Positions 62,870-64,000 of a DNA stretch of 64,000 nt are shown one piece after another. The first letter of the stretch is position 1; each line of letters begins with the position of its first letter. Origin of the DNA: Octopus sinensis (taxonomy: Eukaryota); the NCBI RefSeq assembly GCF_006345805.1, contig NC_043006.1, positions 98,828,001-98,892,000 of the forward strand. Direction: 5' to 3'. The notes under the pieces were generated by a model. The model saw nothing but the letters and a program-made list of their open reading frames with translations. It was not told where the DNA came from and searched no databases. A program made the translations under genes and the position numbers.

Positions 62870-63190
62870 TACAGAGATGTACTTGCATAGCAAGTGACTT
62901 GATCTGAGATCGTGTGCTGGAACGAAAACAGTTGCAGCGTTGAAGGTGTTTATAAGCTATTTAACAAACACACAAAAACCGTTAGATTCACTTCAACATT
63001 TGAATTTAATTTGTCAAAATATTTTCGTCGCTTTGAGACCGCGACCTGTTAGCACGATATTTTTGTCAGTGAACAGGTCGCGGTCTCAAAGCGACGAAAA
63101 TATTTTGGCAAATTAAATTTAAATGTTGAAGTGAATCTAACGGTTTTTGTGTGTTTCTTAAATGGCTTACAAACATCTTCCACGCTGCAA
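62870..63190. mobile_element. PLE-type terminus forming a 119 bp-arm hairpin (62932-63190)
   Basis: Arms 62932-63050 and 63072-63190 differ at 7 positions; 21 nt loop. Confidence 0.85.
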
Positions 63191-63208
63191 TATATATATA
63201 CACACATA

Positions 63209-63229
<21 letters not shown>

Positions 63230-63244
<15 letters not shown>

Positions 63245-63510
63245 TGTATGTATGTGTGTATATGTGTATGCATGTATGTGTGTGTGTGTGCGCGTCTGTG
63301 CTTGTGATTGTCCTCCACCACTGCTTGACAACGAATGTTGGTTTGTTTACATCCCTGTCACCGAGTGGTTTGACAAAGGAAACAGATAGAATAAGTACAA
63401 TGCTTACAAAAATAAAGCTGGAGTTGATTCATTAAACTATAATTCTTCAAGGCATTGCCCCAGCATGGCCACAGACCAATGGCTGGAAAAAGCAGAAGAA
63501 TAAAAGAATA
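63230..63510 (+). mobile_element. SINE family B 3' half, diverged
   Basis: ccactgcttgacaac...gatagaataagtac...ccagcatggcc after a microsatellite. Confidence 0.7.
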
Positions 63511-63575
63511 CATTCTCTGCTTTGGTCTTATGTTCAAGGCATGAGAAAGCTTGAGTTTACATGAGAAGGCCTAAC

Positions 63576-63860
63576 AGACCTGGTAGAAACAGCAGCCAAA
63601 TCTCCCTCAAATCACACCTTACTGTCTTATGTATGTATATATATATGAGCCAATGAGAGGGACCTCTACATGGTAGCTAGACCTGGTAGAAATAGCAGCC
63701 AAATTTCCCCCAAATCACACCTTACTGTCTTATCTATGTATATATGTATGTATGAGCCTATGAGGGAGACCCCTACATGGCAGCTAGACATGGTAGAAAT
63801 AGCAGCCAAATCTCCCTCAAATCACACCTTACTGTCTTATGTATGTATATATATATATAT
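63576..63860 (+). repeat. Three tandem copies of a ~103-107 bp unit
   Basis: agac(c/a)tggtagaaa(c/t)agcagccaaat.tccc.caaatcacaccttactgtcttat starts at 63576, 63679 and 63786. Confidence 0.92.
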
Positions 63861-64000
63861 ATATATACAAGCCACTACGGTTATTTAATGTAAAGTCTTC
63901 CTCAAATCACTCTCGCTATTTACTCTCTTCCAAGAACATTTTCGCTCACTCTTATCTCTTAGCTTCCCATACATTTTACTCATGTATCTATCAGCGTCAT

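Noticed and set aside
63576-63860. Regularly spaced repeats as a CRISPR-like array
   Set aside because: The whole unit repeats, the intervening parts are microsatellite and conserved sequence rather than unique spacers, and the context is eukaryotic with no cas genes.

Overview
AT-rich eukaryotic intergenic or intronic DNA with a very heavy load of (TA)n, (CA)n and (TCTA)n microsatellites and many retroelements. The repeat families are consistent with an Octopus (coleoid cephalopod) genome; this is inferred from repeat content only. No host protein-coding exon, rRNA, true tRNA gene or CRISPR array can be supported. Most long ORFs in the supplied track are translations of microsatellites or SINEs. 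Supported content: three tRNA-like SINE families in many copies (some with clear target-site duplications); Penelope-like elements (PLEs) with RT and GIY-YIG remnants; R4/Dong, RTE and CR1/L2-type LINE remnants; mariner/Tc1 derivatives; Helentron-associated (HINE-like) elements; and weak hAT and Helitron helicase fossils. The most notable unexplained structure is about ten hammerhead-ribozyme-like motifs from several PLE-derived families, usually near (TA)n tracts. They occur in a ~895 bp tandem unit (retrozyme-like) and in long near-perfect hairpins (13287-13415, 62932-63190, 3081-4726). A ~1.6 kb decayed reading frame at 370-1970 matches no transposon motif I recognise. All protein-family calls are by-eye motif recognition, not database hits.
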